From Hormoscilla sp. (GTDB lineage: Bacteria > Cyanobacteriota > Cyanobacteriia > Cyanobacteriales > Desertifilaceae), in the NCBI GenBank assembly GCA_051439505.1, contig JBFRWI010000227.1, positions 1 through 51,028 of the forward strand: a DNA stretch of 51,028 nt. The letters are read 5' to 3'. The notes beneath the pieces are model-generated. The model saw only the letters and a list, made by a program, of their open reading frames with translations, had not been told where the DNA came from and did no database searches. This document shows positions 41,631 to 51,028 of this stretch, piece by piece. The position numbers and the translations under genes are program-made. Each line of letters opens with the position of its first letter. Positions within the stretch are counted from its first letter, which is position 1.

Positions 41631-43376
41631 ATGGAAACACAGGAGCTTCTGGATCGCTATCAACGGGGAGAACGAGACTTTGCCCATGTGAACTTGAGTG
41701 GTGCCAGTCTCAGTGGCGTCAATTTACGGCAAATTGACCTGACCGGTGCGGACCTGACTGGTGCTAATCTGAGCTGGGCATTTCTCAGTAATGCTCGGCT
41801 GACGGGGGCCTGTCTGCGCCATGCCGATCTGCGTAATTGCGCCCTTACCAGTACCAATCTCAACCAATCGCTTCTTAGTGGGGCTAATCTGACTAAGGCA
41901 GATCTGCGCCTAGCTTCTCTGGTTGAAGCTGACCTTAACTGGGCTGTACTTTCTGAAGCTGACCTCTCTAATGCCGACCTCTCCACCGCTAAGTTAGACC
42001 AGGTGAACCTGGAAAGAGCTAAACTCCCAGGGGCCAAGTTGATGGCAGCTCAATTGATGGAGGCAACTCTGTACCGTGCTAATCTTACTGCTGCCGACCT
42101 CTCTGGTGCCAATCTCCGGGAAAGCCATATGGAAGAGGTGAATTTGCGCGATGGGACTTTAGTTGGCGCTAATCTGATTGAAGCCAATCTGGTGGGTGCT
42201 TGCTTGCGTTCTGCTAACTTGAGTGAGTGCGACCTGCATCGGGTTGCCCTCAGTGGCGTAGATTTGAGTGAGGCCAAGCTGGATAATGCTGACCTCTCCC
42301 GATCGGACCTGGCAGGTGCCTATCTGCTGAAGACTAGCTTTAAGAAGGCTCATTTACTCCGGGCTAATCTGCAAGATGTCTATTTGCTGCGGGCGGATTT
42401 GAGTGAGGCCAATCTGCGCGGGGCGGATTTGCGCCGCTCGGATTTGAGCGGGGCTTATTTGAGTGAGGCGATTTTAAGTGAGGCCGATCTCAGAGATGCT
42501 CTGCTGCTGGAAAGTCGCCTGATCCGCACGGTTGTAGATGGGGCCCAGTTGACGGGCTGTTGCATCTATAATTGGCAAACAGAGGAAGTGGACCTGTCTG
42601 CTGTTGATTGTCGTTACGTCTATACTAAGTTCAACCACAGTACTAAAAGTCCCACTAGCCGCTTTCCAGTAAACCGGGATTTTGCACCGGGAGAACTGGG
42701 TGCATCCTACCAGGCAAATACTACCACGATCGAGGTTTATTTCTCCCAGGCTCCTAATTGGGAAGTTTTGGTGTTTACTCTGGCGATGCTAGCACAGGAA
42801 ACCCGGGAGTTGACTCTTGATATCGAATCTTTTGCCCCGATGGAGAATCAGTATCTGCTGCGGTTGCAGGCCAATCAGAAGGTGAATGCTAAAATCATCT
42901 CGGAACGCATCTTGCAGCTTTACCCAAATATGCAACGACGGGTACTAGCAAATCGTTCTAAAATCTTGAATTTACTTTCAATTCCCGTTACTGCTAATCA
43001 TCGTCCTCCGTCCCCCGTCCCCCCTCCTCCACCGCCTCCCCCGCCTAAATCTCTGGTTGATAAGCGCCAGCAACTGTATCGAGAAACTTCTCGTCAGATT
43101 AGATCGATTCTTATGTCTCAGCCCCCGGAAGAATTTGTCTCTCACGTGCAGCGGTTACTGGATTATTTGGCAGAACAGGGCGTCCCGACCAGGGAACTTC
43201 AGAAAAAGGCGATCGTGGCGGCGATCGTGCAGCGGGCCAAGCAGGATAAAACTTTCGGCGAAAATCTCTTACGCTGGGATAAAAAAGCCTCTGAATCAAC
43301 CCGTTCCTCTGTTATGGGCCGGGCAGTTCGGGCGGCGATCGCCCTTTTGTGGCCCCAACAGCAAAAACGTCCATAA
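41631..43376 (+). CDS. Pentapeptide-repeat protein with C-terminal domain and Pro-rich linker
   Basis: ELLDRY..GERDF N-terminus and about 60 A(D/N)Lxx repeats. Confidence 0.92.
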   Translation: METQELLDRYQRGERDFAHVNLSGASLSGVNLRQIDLTGADLTGANLSWAFLSNARLTGACLRHADLRNCALTSTNLNQSLLSGANLTKADLRLASLVEADLNWAVLSEADLSNADLSTAKLDQVNLERAKLPGAKLMAAQLMEATLYRANLTAADLSGANLRESHMEEVNLRDGTLVGANLIEANLVGACLRSANLSECDLHRVALSGVDLSEAKLDNADLSRSDLAGAYLLKTSFKKAHLLRANLQDVYLLRADLSEANLRGADLRRSDLSGAYLSEAILSEADLRDALLLESRLIRTVVDGAQLTGCCIYNWQTEEVDLSAVDCRYVYTKFNHSTKSPTSRFPVNRDFAPGELGASYQANTTTIEVYFSQAPNWEVLVFTLAMLAQETRELTLDIESFAPMENQYLLRLQANQKVNAKIISERILQLYPNMQRRVLANRSKILNLLSIPVTANHRPPSPVPPPPPPPPPKSLVDKRQQLYRETSRQIRSILMSQPPEEFVSHVQRLLDYLAEQGVPTRELQKKAIVAAIVQRAKQDKTFGENLLRWDKKASESTRSSVMGRAVRAAIALLWPQQQKRP

Positions 43377-43403
43377 CTGAGTAGGGTGGGCACCGCCCAC
43401 CAA

Positions 43404-43670
43404 TTATTTCTGCGAGGCAAAAAAGACCCCCGATCGCCTCGGCAAAGGAACTATAATCTTGGGAGACAATCGAGACATCAAGTCCCAAGTTTCTGGCATT
43501 GGCGGCAGTATAGGGAGGGTGTGGTCATGCATTTGTTGGTTCCGATCTGCCGTACTGGAAAAGGCGATCGCATCGATCTTCCCGGACTGAAGCAAATGCA
43601 ATTCCACCTGATAGAGCGACTTATGCAAACATCGGGTAAAATAAGCGGGAACGCGAGTCACTACCCATGC
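43404..43670 (-). pseudogene. Uroporphyrinogen-III synthase (HemD-like) 3' fragment
   Basis: VTRVPAY..GKIDAIAFSSTA, then in another frame PYTAANARNLGLDVSIVSQDYSSFAEAI; interrupted by a solo MITE end at 43517. Confidence 0.65.
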
Positions 43671-43948
43671 CCAACTGCTGCTCGACGAATTGTTAAAGCG
43701 CAGCTTTAACAAAAATAAAGCCATGAGAGAATTGCGCTACAGCGATCCCCGGTTTCTGAGTATCGATGCCTAGCACTCTTAAATGAGGGGCATAACCCCT
43801 GAGCGAGCAGTCCGGGCAGTGCAGTCAGAAAAAAAATTAAGCTCTCTTGATAAGAAATGGTCGTGGGTTGGGAACAATAACCGTATAATCACCCTGAGAC
43901 AGTTCAGGGATTTCAACGTATCGTTGCAGTTATGAAGCAGTTGACTCT

Positions 43949-45445
43949 ATGGCACCACCACTTCCCACAGGAATGATCCTGCAAAACCGTTACCAGATCG
44001 GCAAAGTTCTGGGAGAGGGCGGGTTTGGCCGCACTTACCTGGCCGCAGACAAGGACAGGTTTGAGGAACTCTGCGTTCTCAAAGAATATAATCCCAACGT
44101 CCAAGGTACTTACGCCTTAAACAAGTCAAAGGAACTGTTTGAAAGGGAGGCCAAGACTCTCTATAAAATCGATCATCCCCAAATACCCAAGTTTCGGGCA
44201 ACCTTCGAGCAGGGAAAACGCCTGTTTTTGGTACAGGACTACGTCGAGGGCCAGACCTATCGCGCCCTCCTAGATGGGCGCCTGGCCAAGAACAGGAAAT
44301 ACACGCAAAGGGACATCGTGCAGTTTTTAGAGCAGATGTTGCCAGTGTTAGAACATATCCACAAAAAGGGTATTGTTCATCGGGATATTTCTCCGGATAA
44401 TATCATTTACAGTAAAAGTACCATTGAGGGCCAGAGCAAACGCCTGCCAGTGCTGATTGACTTTGGGGCGGTCAAAGAAATAGGAGCGACCAATTTACAA
44501 TCTGAAGGGGGGGTGCGAGGAACGACGGTGGGGAAACTGGGGTATTCTCCTCCCGAACAACTGCAAACGGGGGAAGTTTCTCCTAGTAGCGACCTCTACG
44601 CTTTAGCGGTAACGGCAGTGGTATTGATGACAGGGCGCAAACCCGAGGAATTATTGAATCAACAGACGATGATGCCTTGTTGGCATCAGTGGGTTCCGGA
44701 TCTGCACCCTCGGTTTGCTCCCATCTTAAATAAAATGATGAGTTACAGACCGGAGAATCGCTATCAATCAGCTAATGACGCTTTATTCGATTTGCGATCG
44801 CACAAGCAATTGATTCTCGGACCCAAGGAGAGGATCGCCACCCCCAAACCTAACAGTACCCCACTGGCTCCTCAGAAAGTCACCACTCCCCCACAATCTC
44901 CGCAGCACGAACCACCTCGGAAAAATAATTCGCCGTCCCTGTTGAAAACCCTATGGCATAACCCTTGGACTGGCAAAATCATCGGTGCAGGTTTGGTTTT
45001 CTTAATTACTGCCGGGGTAAGTTGGTCGATCCGCCCACCGGTTCGGGAAGTTACTGGGCGTCCCGAAAGGGAGAAAATAGCTGCATTGCCGGAGGAAGCA
45101 GATGCTAGTCCGACAGTTAAGACAGATGCTAAGGCGATCGCCATGGATATTCGGCTGAACCTATCATTAGGGGAGAGAAAAAATGAGGCTAGCATTATAC
45201 AATCAGATGAAATACACAGATACCGGATCTCGGGTTCGCCAGGGAAATTGTTAAGCATTAAGCTGCGGAAAGGCAGAGTAGCGATGACGGTGTTAAACAG
45301 CAATGAAGAAGCAATTGTTGAAAAAATCTCAACAGAGTGGGAAAGAACAATTCCTGATGACGGTGTCTACATCATTGATATCCATCCATTAGCAGGAAGC
45401 GAAAACAGCAAATATGAGCTAGAAATTGCGGTCATGGAATTATAG
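43949..45445 (+). CDS. Pkn2-type Ser/Thr protein kinase with TM and extracytoplasmic domain
   Basis: GEGGFG, VLKE, HRDISPDN, DFG, GYSPPEQ, TM IIGAGLVFLITAGV. Confidence 0.93.
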   Translation: MAPPLPTGMILQNRYQIGKVLGEGGFGRTYLAADKDRFEELCVLKEYNPNVQGTYALNKSKELFEREAKTLYKIDHPQIPKFRATFEQGKRLFLVQDYVEGQTYRALLDGRLAKNRKYTQRDIVQFLEQMLPVLEHIHKKGIVHRDISPDNIIYSKSTIEGQSKRLPVLIDFGAVKEIGATNLQSEGGVRGTTVGKLGYSPPEQLQTGEVSPSSDLYALAVTAVVLMTGRKPEELLNQQTMMPCWHQWVPDLHPRFAPILNKMMSYRPENRYQSANDALFDLRSHKQLILGPKERIATPKPNSTPLAPQKVTTPPQSPQHEPPRKNNSPSLLKTLWHNPWTGKIIGAGLVFLITAGVSWSIRPPVREVTGRPEREKIAALPEEADASPTVKTDAKAIAMDIRLNLSLGERKNEASIIQSDEIHRYRISGSPGKLLSIKLRKGRVAMTVLNSNEEAIVEKISTEWERTIPDDGVYIIDIHPLAGSENSKYELEIAVMEL

Positions 45446-45522
45446 TAATATGGGATTGGGAATTGGTCGGGCGATCGCCCGCACCGAAAGGCTAAAAAAC
45501 CACCTGTTACCCAGATCCCAGG

Positions 45523-45698
45523 GGGTGTGGTCATGCATTTGTCGATCGCCGGGATCCCCCCCAAACCCCCCCTTCCAAAGAGGGGGCCTCAAAGCCCCCC
45601 CCCTCGTTACCTGGCTCCCGCCAGGTAACGCGCGGGGGTTTGGGGGGATCCGGCGACTGGGGAATCGATATTTTTATCAACGGGTTTTGACCACACCC
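45523..45698. mobile_element. GGGTGTGGTCA-family MITE (176 bp)
   Basis: TIR GGGTGTGGTCA / TGACCACACCC; perfect 9-bp TSD GATCCCAGG. Confidence 0.92.
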
Positions 45699-45910
45699 GA
45701 TCCCAGGTATCTGGGGAGCAGGTGAAACCATGCCCGAGCATGTATAGCATCACGGAACGCTGGTTATCGAGCAGGCAAACTACTGGCTAATAGGGGCAGG
45801 TAAATTGAAAAAATAACTCAATTAGATAGAATCTCGGATGTAAAGAGGCCGAATAACAGTATAATATCGCCAGATACCGTTGATAGGTACGATCGCAGGA
45901 GGAAAAACCC

Positions 45911-46885
45911 ATGCAACCACCTATTCCCGACGGGATAATCCTGAACAAGCGCTATCGGATAGTGAAAGTTCTGGGTGCCGGCGGCTTCGGTCGCACGTAC
46001 CTGGCAGAAGATACATCCAGATATGATGAAAAATGCGTCCTCAAGGAATATAATCCCAATTTAGAAGAAACCTATGCTTTGGAAAAGTCCCAGGAACTGT
46101 TTGAAAGAGAGGCGCAGATTCTCTATAAAATAGAGCATCCCCGCATTCCCAAATTCCAGGCGACATTTGAGCAGGGAAAACGCCTGTTTTTGGCCCAAGA
46201 CTATGTTGAAGGTAAGACCTATAAAACACTGCTGGAAGAGCGGGTGAAGGAAAATAAGCAATTCACGCCAGCGGAGGTAGTGCAGTTTTTACAACAGATG
46301 TTGCGAGTGTTAGAACATATCCACAGCAAGGGGATTATACATCGGGATATCTCTCCAGATAATATCATTTGTCGCCAGAGCGATCGCTTGCCAGTGCTGA
46401 TCGACTTTGGGGCAGTCAAAGAAACAGGGACGACCCCATTGCAGGAGTCGGGAAAGTCTATCCAAGGCACGAATGTGGGGAAACATGGGTACTCGCCGCC
46501 AGAACAACTGCAAATGGGCAAGGTTTATCATAACAGCGACCTCTACAGTTTAGCCGCAACGGCAGTGGTGTTGATGACGGGGCGCAAACCCGAGGAATTG
46601 TTGAACAAACAGACCATGACCTGGCGTTGGCATCAGTGGGTGCCCACTCTGGAACTGTGGTTGGCCCAGCTGTTAAATAAGATGCTGAGTCCGAAACCGG
46701 ATAATCGCTATCAATCAGCTGCGGAAGTGGCCCAAGAACTGCGATCGCGTACGGGAGGTCTGGTGGGTACGGCATCCCGGGGAAATGCCATTATGGAACC
46801 TGCTTCTAACTCAGTCAAGCAGAACTCTCAGAAGAGCAATTTGAGCGATCGGGCGGCAACTCCATCCCTGACGAACTCACGTTGA
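45911..46885 (+). CDS. Ser/Thr kinase, paralog of 43949, kinase domain only
   Basis: Same kinase motifs; no TM; AGGAGG RBS. Confidence 0.9.
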   Translation: MQPPIPDGIILNKRYRIVKVLGAGGFGRTYLAEDTSRYDEKCVLKEYNPNLEETYALEKSQELFEREAQILYKIEHPRIPKFQATFEQGKRLFLAQDYVEGKTYKTLLEERVKENKQFTPAEVVQFLQQMLRVLEHIHSKGIIHRDISPDNIICRQSDRLPVLIDFGAVKETGTTPLQESGKSIQGTNVGKHGYSPPEQLQMGKVYHNSDLYSLAATAVVLMTGRKPEELLNKQTMTWRWHQWVPTLELWLAQLLNKMLSPKPDNRYQSAAEVAQELRSRTGGLVGTASRGNAIMEPASNSVKQNSQKSNLSDRAATPSLTNSR

Positions 46886-46943
46886 CAATAGACCCCGAAC
46901 CATGAACAATGAAGAGTAAAGGATTCACCACGAACAAAAGGAT

Positions 46944-47588
46944 ATGATTACAGTTGCCTTACCCAAAGGCGCACTGCTAGAGGATAGCATCAAGCTGTTG
47001 CAAGCAGTGGGCTTAGATTTCAGCGCCTTTCTGGACTCCTCGGGCCGCCAATTGCAGATTGAAGACCCCACTCATACTGCTAAAGCCCTGTTGGTGCGGG
47101 CTCAGGATGTGCCGGTGTATGTGGAATACGGTCAAGCCCAGTTAGGTATGGTGGGTTACGATGTCTTGCGGGAGAAAAAACCATTAGTCGCTAACTTGGC
47201 AGACCTGGGGTATGGCAAATGTCGCATGTCGATCGCGGTCAAGAGTGAGAGTGGTTACCAGTCGGCCTTGGAACTACCGCCTCACTGTCGGGTGGCCTCG
47301 AAGTTTGTCTACTGCGCCCGGGAATATTTCCACAGTATCGACTTGCCAGTGGAAATTATCCCCCTTTATGGTTCGGTAGAATTGGGGCCAATTACGGGCA
47401 TGTCAGAGGCGATCGTGGATTTGGTTTCTACGGGTCGCACCCTGCGAGAAAATGGTTTAGTTGAACTGGAAATTTTGTTTGAAAGTACAACCAGGCTGAT
47501 CGCCCATCCCCTCAGCTATCGCCTCAATATGGACGGTCTGAATGATTTGATTGCTCAGTTGCGTGCTACTACCTTAGCTATGGTTTGA
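46944..47588 (+). CDS. hisG: ATP phosphoribosyltransferase (short form)
   Basis: [39 protein letters not shown]. Confidence 0.97.
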   Translation: MITVALPKGALLEDSIKLLQAVGLDFSAFLDSSGRQLQIEDPTHTAKALLVRAQDVPVYVEYGQAQLGMVGYDVLREKKPLVANLADLGYGKCRMSIAVKSESGYQSALELPPHCRVASKFVYCAREYFHSIDLPVEIIPLYGSVELGPITGMSEAIVDLVSTGRTLRENGLVELEILFESTTRLIAHPLSYRLNMDGLNDLIAQLRATTLAMV

Positions 47589-47823
47589 TCTGTGCCGATC
47601 GCTCTAGACCATATAGTACCACAGAGCCTGTTGTAGTAGTGGGCTAAATGTTCAAATTTCATCCCGAGTTCTGCATCACCCGTTGGGATGCCAGGTTTTC
47701 GGGATGAGCGATCGCCACAATTCGTTCCAGTTTCAGTTGTTTTCGATCTCATGTATGATGCTATCCTACGCTAGAGTGGGAAAGTACCTGCCCCTCTGTC
47801 AGATCTCACAATCAGGGTTATCA

Positions 47824-49638
47824 ATGACTAGAAAATCACCAAAGGTTGCCAAAAAACGTCGGGAAAGTGACTGGCGACTATTTCTGCGATTAGTGCCTTA
47901 TGCCCGTCGCCAGGGACCGCTGCTGGCAATGTCTATGCTGCTATTGGTGCCTTTATCATTAGCGGGTGCAGTTCAGCCCCTGATCGTCGGACAGGCAGTC
48001 TCTTTGATTAAAAATGAGCCAACCTGGGCAATAATTGCAGGCCGCACTCTATCCTCAGGCTTAAATATTCTCGGAGTCTTGCTCTTAGGGACGATCGCCA
48101 TTAGACTATTTTTCCTGGGGTACCAGGGCTATATCGTACAGAAAATCGGACAGCAAATTACTGCCGATATTAGAGATGATTTGTTCGACCATGTTACCTC
48201 TCTGGCAGTAAGATTTTTTGACCGCACCCCCGTCGGGAAATTAATTACCCGTCTCACCAGTGATGTGGAAGCCTTGGGACAGGTGTTTTCCACAGGCGCG
48301 ATCGGGATAGTAAATGATATATTTGCGATTATCGCCATTATCATTATCATGTTTTTACAGCAATGGCAACTAGCAAGCTTGCTAGTCATCATGCTGCTGC
48401 CGGTGACTGGCCTGATTATTTACTTCCAACATCAATATCGCCAAGCAAATTATCAAGCCCGGGAAGAACTTTCTGGCCTCAACTCCCAGTTGCAAGAAAA
48501 TATTGTGGGCATTGATGTGGTGCATCTGTTCCGCCGCGAACAGTTTAATGGCGAATTATTTCGCCGTACTAACCAGCAATATATCAAACAAATAGACAAA
48601 ACCATCTTTCACGATTCAGCTATTTCTGCTACCCTAGAGTGGATTTCTCTAGCCGCGATCGGGGGAGTGCTGTGGATGGGCAGTATCTTAGTCATGCAGT
48701 CCAACCTGAAGTTTGGCACCCTAGCAGAATTTATCCTGTTTGCGCCCCGTCTGTTCGACCCCTTGCGGCGCTTTGCCGAAAAATTCACGATGTTTCAAGC
48801 GGGATTTACCGCCATCGAGCGCATCAGCGACATCATGGACGAGCCCATAGAAATTCGCGATCCAGAAGTCGTTCATCCCGTACAGCATCCGACAGCAAGC
48901 AAGAATAAAACCGGGGAAATTAGGTTTGAGAATGTCTGGTTTGCTTACAAAGGAGATGAATATGTCCTGAAAAACCTGAACTTTACCATTCATCCCGGGG
49001 AAAAAGTCGCCTTAGTGGGTCCGACAGCTGCAGGCAAAAGTTCGATTATCAGGCTACTATGCCGACTTTACGAAGCCACTCACGGGCGCATACTCGTAGA
49101 TGGCATTGATATCCGAGACTTGCGCCAAGCAGCATTGCGCCGTCATTTAGGAGTAATTCTCCAAGATGGCTTTCTGTTTGCCGGAGATATCAAAAGCAAC
49201 ATCTCTCTAGGAGAAAATTATGATTTGGCAGAAATCCAGAAAGCAGCGCAAATAACCGATGTTGCTGGTTTTATCGAAAAACTACCTCAAGGTTACGATA
49301 CCCAACTGCGACAGCGGGGGACGAATATTTCCAGCGGTCAAAAGCAACTATTGGCCTTTGCCCGGGTAGCAATTCGCGACCCGAGGATTTTAGTCCTAGA
49401 CGAAGCAACGGCGAATCTGGATGTGGGTACAGAAGCGTTAATTCAACAAGCATTAGACCAGTTATTAGTAGGACGGACGGCGATTATCATTGCGCACCGA
49501 CTCTCGACAATTCGTAATGTAGACCGAATTTTGGTGCTGAAGCGAGGCGAACTGATAGAATCAGGTAGTCACGAGCAATTGTTACAGCTAAATGGTTTGT
49601 ATGCTAGTTTGTACAAGTTGCAGATGTTGGGTAATTGA
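47824..49638 (+). CDS. ABC exporter, fused TMD-NBD (MdlB/MsbA-like)
   Basis: FFDRTPVGKLITR, GPTAAGKS, SSGQKQ, LDEATANLD, IAHRLSTI. Confidence 0.93.
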   Translation: MTRKSPKVAKKRRESDWRLFLRLVPYARRQGPLLAMSMLLLVPLSLAGAVQPLIVGQAVSLIKNEPTWAIIAGRTLSSGLNILGVLLLGTIAIRLFFLGYQGYIVQKIGQQITADIRDDLFDHVTSLAVRFFDRTPVGKLITRLTSDVEALGQVFSTGAIGIVNDIFAIIAIIIIMFLQQWQLASLLVIMLLPVTGLIIYFQHQYRQANYQAREELSGLNSQLQENIVGIDVVHLFRREQFNGELFRRTNQQYIKQIDKTIFHDSAISATLEWISLAAIGGVLWMGSILVMQSNLKFGTLAEFILFAPRLFDPLRRFAEKFTMFQAGFTAIERISDIMDEPIEIRDPEVVHPVQHPTASKNKTGEIRFENVWFAYKGDEYVLKNLNFTIHPGEKVALVGPTAAGKSSIIRLLCRLYEATHGRILVDGIDIRDLRQAALRRHLGVILQDGFLFAGDIKSNISLGENYDLAEIQKAAQITDVAGFIEKLPQGYDTQLRQRGTNISSGQKQLLAFARVAIRDPRILVLDEATANLDVGTEALIQQALDQLLVGRTAIIIAHRLSTIRNVDRILVLKRGELIESGSHEQLLQLNGLYASLYKLQMLGN

Positions 49639-49919
49639 GAATTGTAAATTGAGAATTGGGAGAATTGGGAGAACCAGTGCTGAGCATAGCGACTTGGGAA
49701 AAACGATGCTACAATTAGTTTCAAATTATCGCATTATTATACTATTAGTCGGTTTTAACTCAGATCTTGCACCATTCTCAATTAGTCAATTAGTCTCCTG
49801 GCCCGCCGTGGGTTTTAACCCACTGTCCGCCTTGTCGCTCTCTCGGCCCATTTTTTTAAGTACCCTCGTGAAGCTGGATCCGCCTTTTAACGAGGGTAAC
49901 ACACTTTTTATATAATACT

Positions 49920-49975
49920 TTTAGTCGGTTTTCAACCGACTTTAGCTATTAGCCCGGGGTTTGAACCCCGGGCGG
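49920..49975. repeat. REP-like double hairpin
   Basis: AGTCGGTT-ttc-AACCGACT and GCCCGGGGTT-tg-AACCCCGGGC. Confidence 0.6.
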
Positions 49976-50204
49976 GCCAGGAGACTTATCTCTGCTGCTA
50001 GTGAATAATACTTATTTCTACCAGATAGCGGGCGATCGCCTTATCGGGGCTTTCAACAGAGACCCGAAAGGGTGCATCACCGACCGCAAGCAAAGATACA
50101 TTCGGGACAGTCCCCGGGCAGAAAATTTTTTCGATCAGTTGCCAATACTCGCAGAAACTGCCACAATAGGATATAGCCCATGTTCTGATAAGGGAGAAAA
50201 CAAT

Positions 50205-50897
50205 ATGACCTTCCGTTATCGCATAATCAAAAAATCCATCGGCACCGCCCCCTACACCACCAGACCCGACCTCGGTCCAGCCCTCACCCAAGCCGAAGTC
50301 GTCCGCCAACTCAGTAGCTTCACCGCCCTCACCGAAGGAGAAGTCACTAACGTCTTCAACTCCCTCTTCCAAGTCCTACTCACAGCGGCCCTCGCCGGTC
50401 GGCCCACAGAAATACTCTTTGGTGGCTTTCGCATCAGTCTCTCCTGTGGGGGGGCGATCGACGACCTAGAACAAACCCTCACCATCGAAGACATCAACCC
50501 GCAAGTCACCATCCACCTCGGATCATCCTTCCAGAAACGCTTTCTCGCCGACGTCACCCTAGAACGCACCGGAGTAGTGGGAGAAAAAGTCCCAGAAATC
50601 GACTATACATTCAATTCCACCACGGAAAGCAACGACACCTACACCCCCGGCGGTCCCATGCGGATAGTAGGGGACCACCTGAAATTCTCAAAAAGCGACT
50701 CCCAACAAGGCATATTTTTCCGCTCCCAAACCGATGGAACCGAAGTTAGAGCATCCTTATATATCGAAGTAACCAATGGCAACACCATTTTTATAGTTCC
50801 CTCGGAAGTCACCGGTGACCAAAAATTAATAGTACGGGTAAAATACGGCAACAACTTGCGAGAAACCGTGTATCAAGCCACCCTGCCACAGGAATAG
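50205..50897 (+). CDS. HU-like DNA-binding domain plus DUF4469 Ig-like domain protein
   Basis: Helix-helix then LAGRPTEI.FGGFRIS (HU-like); TPGG.MRIVGDHLKF...QQGIFF (DUF4469); GGAG RBS. Confidence 0.72.
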   Translation: MTFRYRIIKKSIGTAPYTTRPDLGPALTQAEVVRQLSSFTALTEGEVTNVFNSLFQVLLTAALAGRPTEILFGGFRISLSCGGAIDDLEQTLTIEDINPQVTIHLGSSFQKRFLADVTLERTGVVGEKVPEIDYTFNSTTESNDTYTPGGPMRIVGDHLKFSKSDSQQGIFFRSQTDGTEVRASLYIEVTNGNTIFIVPSEVTGDQKLIVRVKYGNNLRETVYQATLPQE

Positions 50898-50969
50898 ACC
50901 GGTGTGGTCATGGTGGTCATGCATTAGTTGCATTGGTGGGAAACGCTTTTCCCTTAGGAGTTCCCTGAT

Positions 50970-51028
50970 GAGAGAAGATCCTTTTCCGCTATGAGAGAAG
51001 AACCTTTTCTCGCCGAGAGAAGAACCTT
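50970..51028. repeat. Start of a 22-23-bp array (GAGAGAAGA(T/A)CCTTTT), cut by the window end
   Basis: Copies at 50970, 50993 and 51015. Confidence 0.6.

Overview
Cyanobacterial chromosome segment, probably from a filamentous Oscillatoriales-like strain. This is inferred from abundant HIP1 GCGATCGC octamers, heptamer STRRs, psrp-3 and pirA. The window starts inside a 5S rRNA and ends inside a short repeat array, so it may be a whole contig. Core genes are devCA, atpD/atpC, psrp-3, hisG, ABC transporters and an LCP protein. Accessory features: (i) a HicB / delivery-less CdiA-CT-like nuclease / SitI3-like immunity module, where both flanking genes carry near-identical ribbon-helix-helix (RHH)-like DNA and the toxin is cleanly interrupted by a MITE; (ii) a ~25-unit non-coding 21-bp array; (iii) three MITE families with visible target-site duplications (TSDs) that appear to exchange palindromic cargo; (iv) a multi-PAS kinase with an RcaE/CcaS-type green/red cyanobacteriochrome GAF next to an Rcp1-like regulator; (v) a degenerate DUF4278-PirA fusion under an NtcA site; (vi) a lipoprotein pseudo-protease-TM-TPR protein; (vii) a strong promoter with a ~550-nt structured leader before an Fn3 gene. 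All family calls come from motif recognition by eye; no database searches were run.
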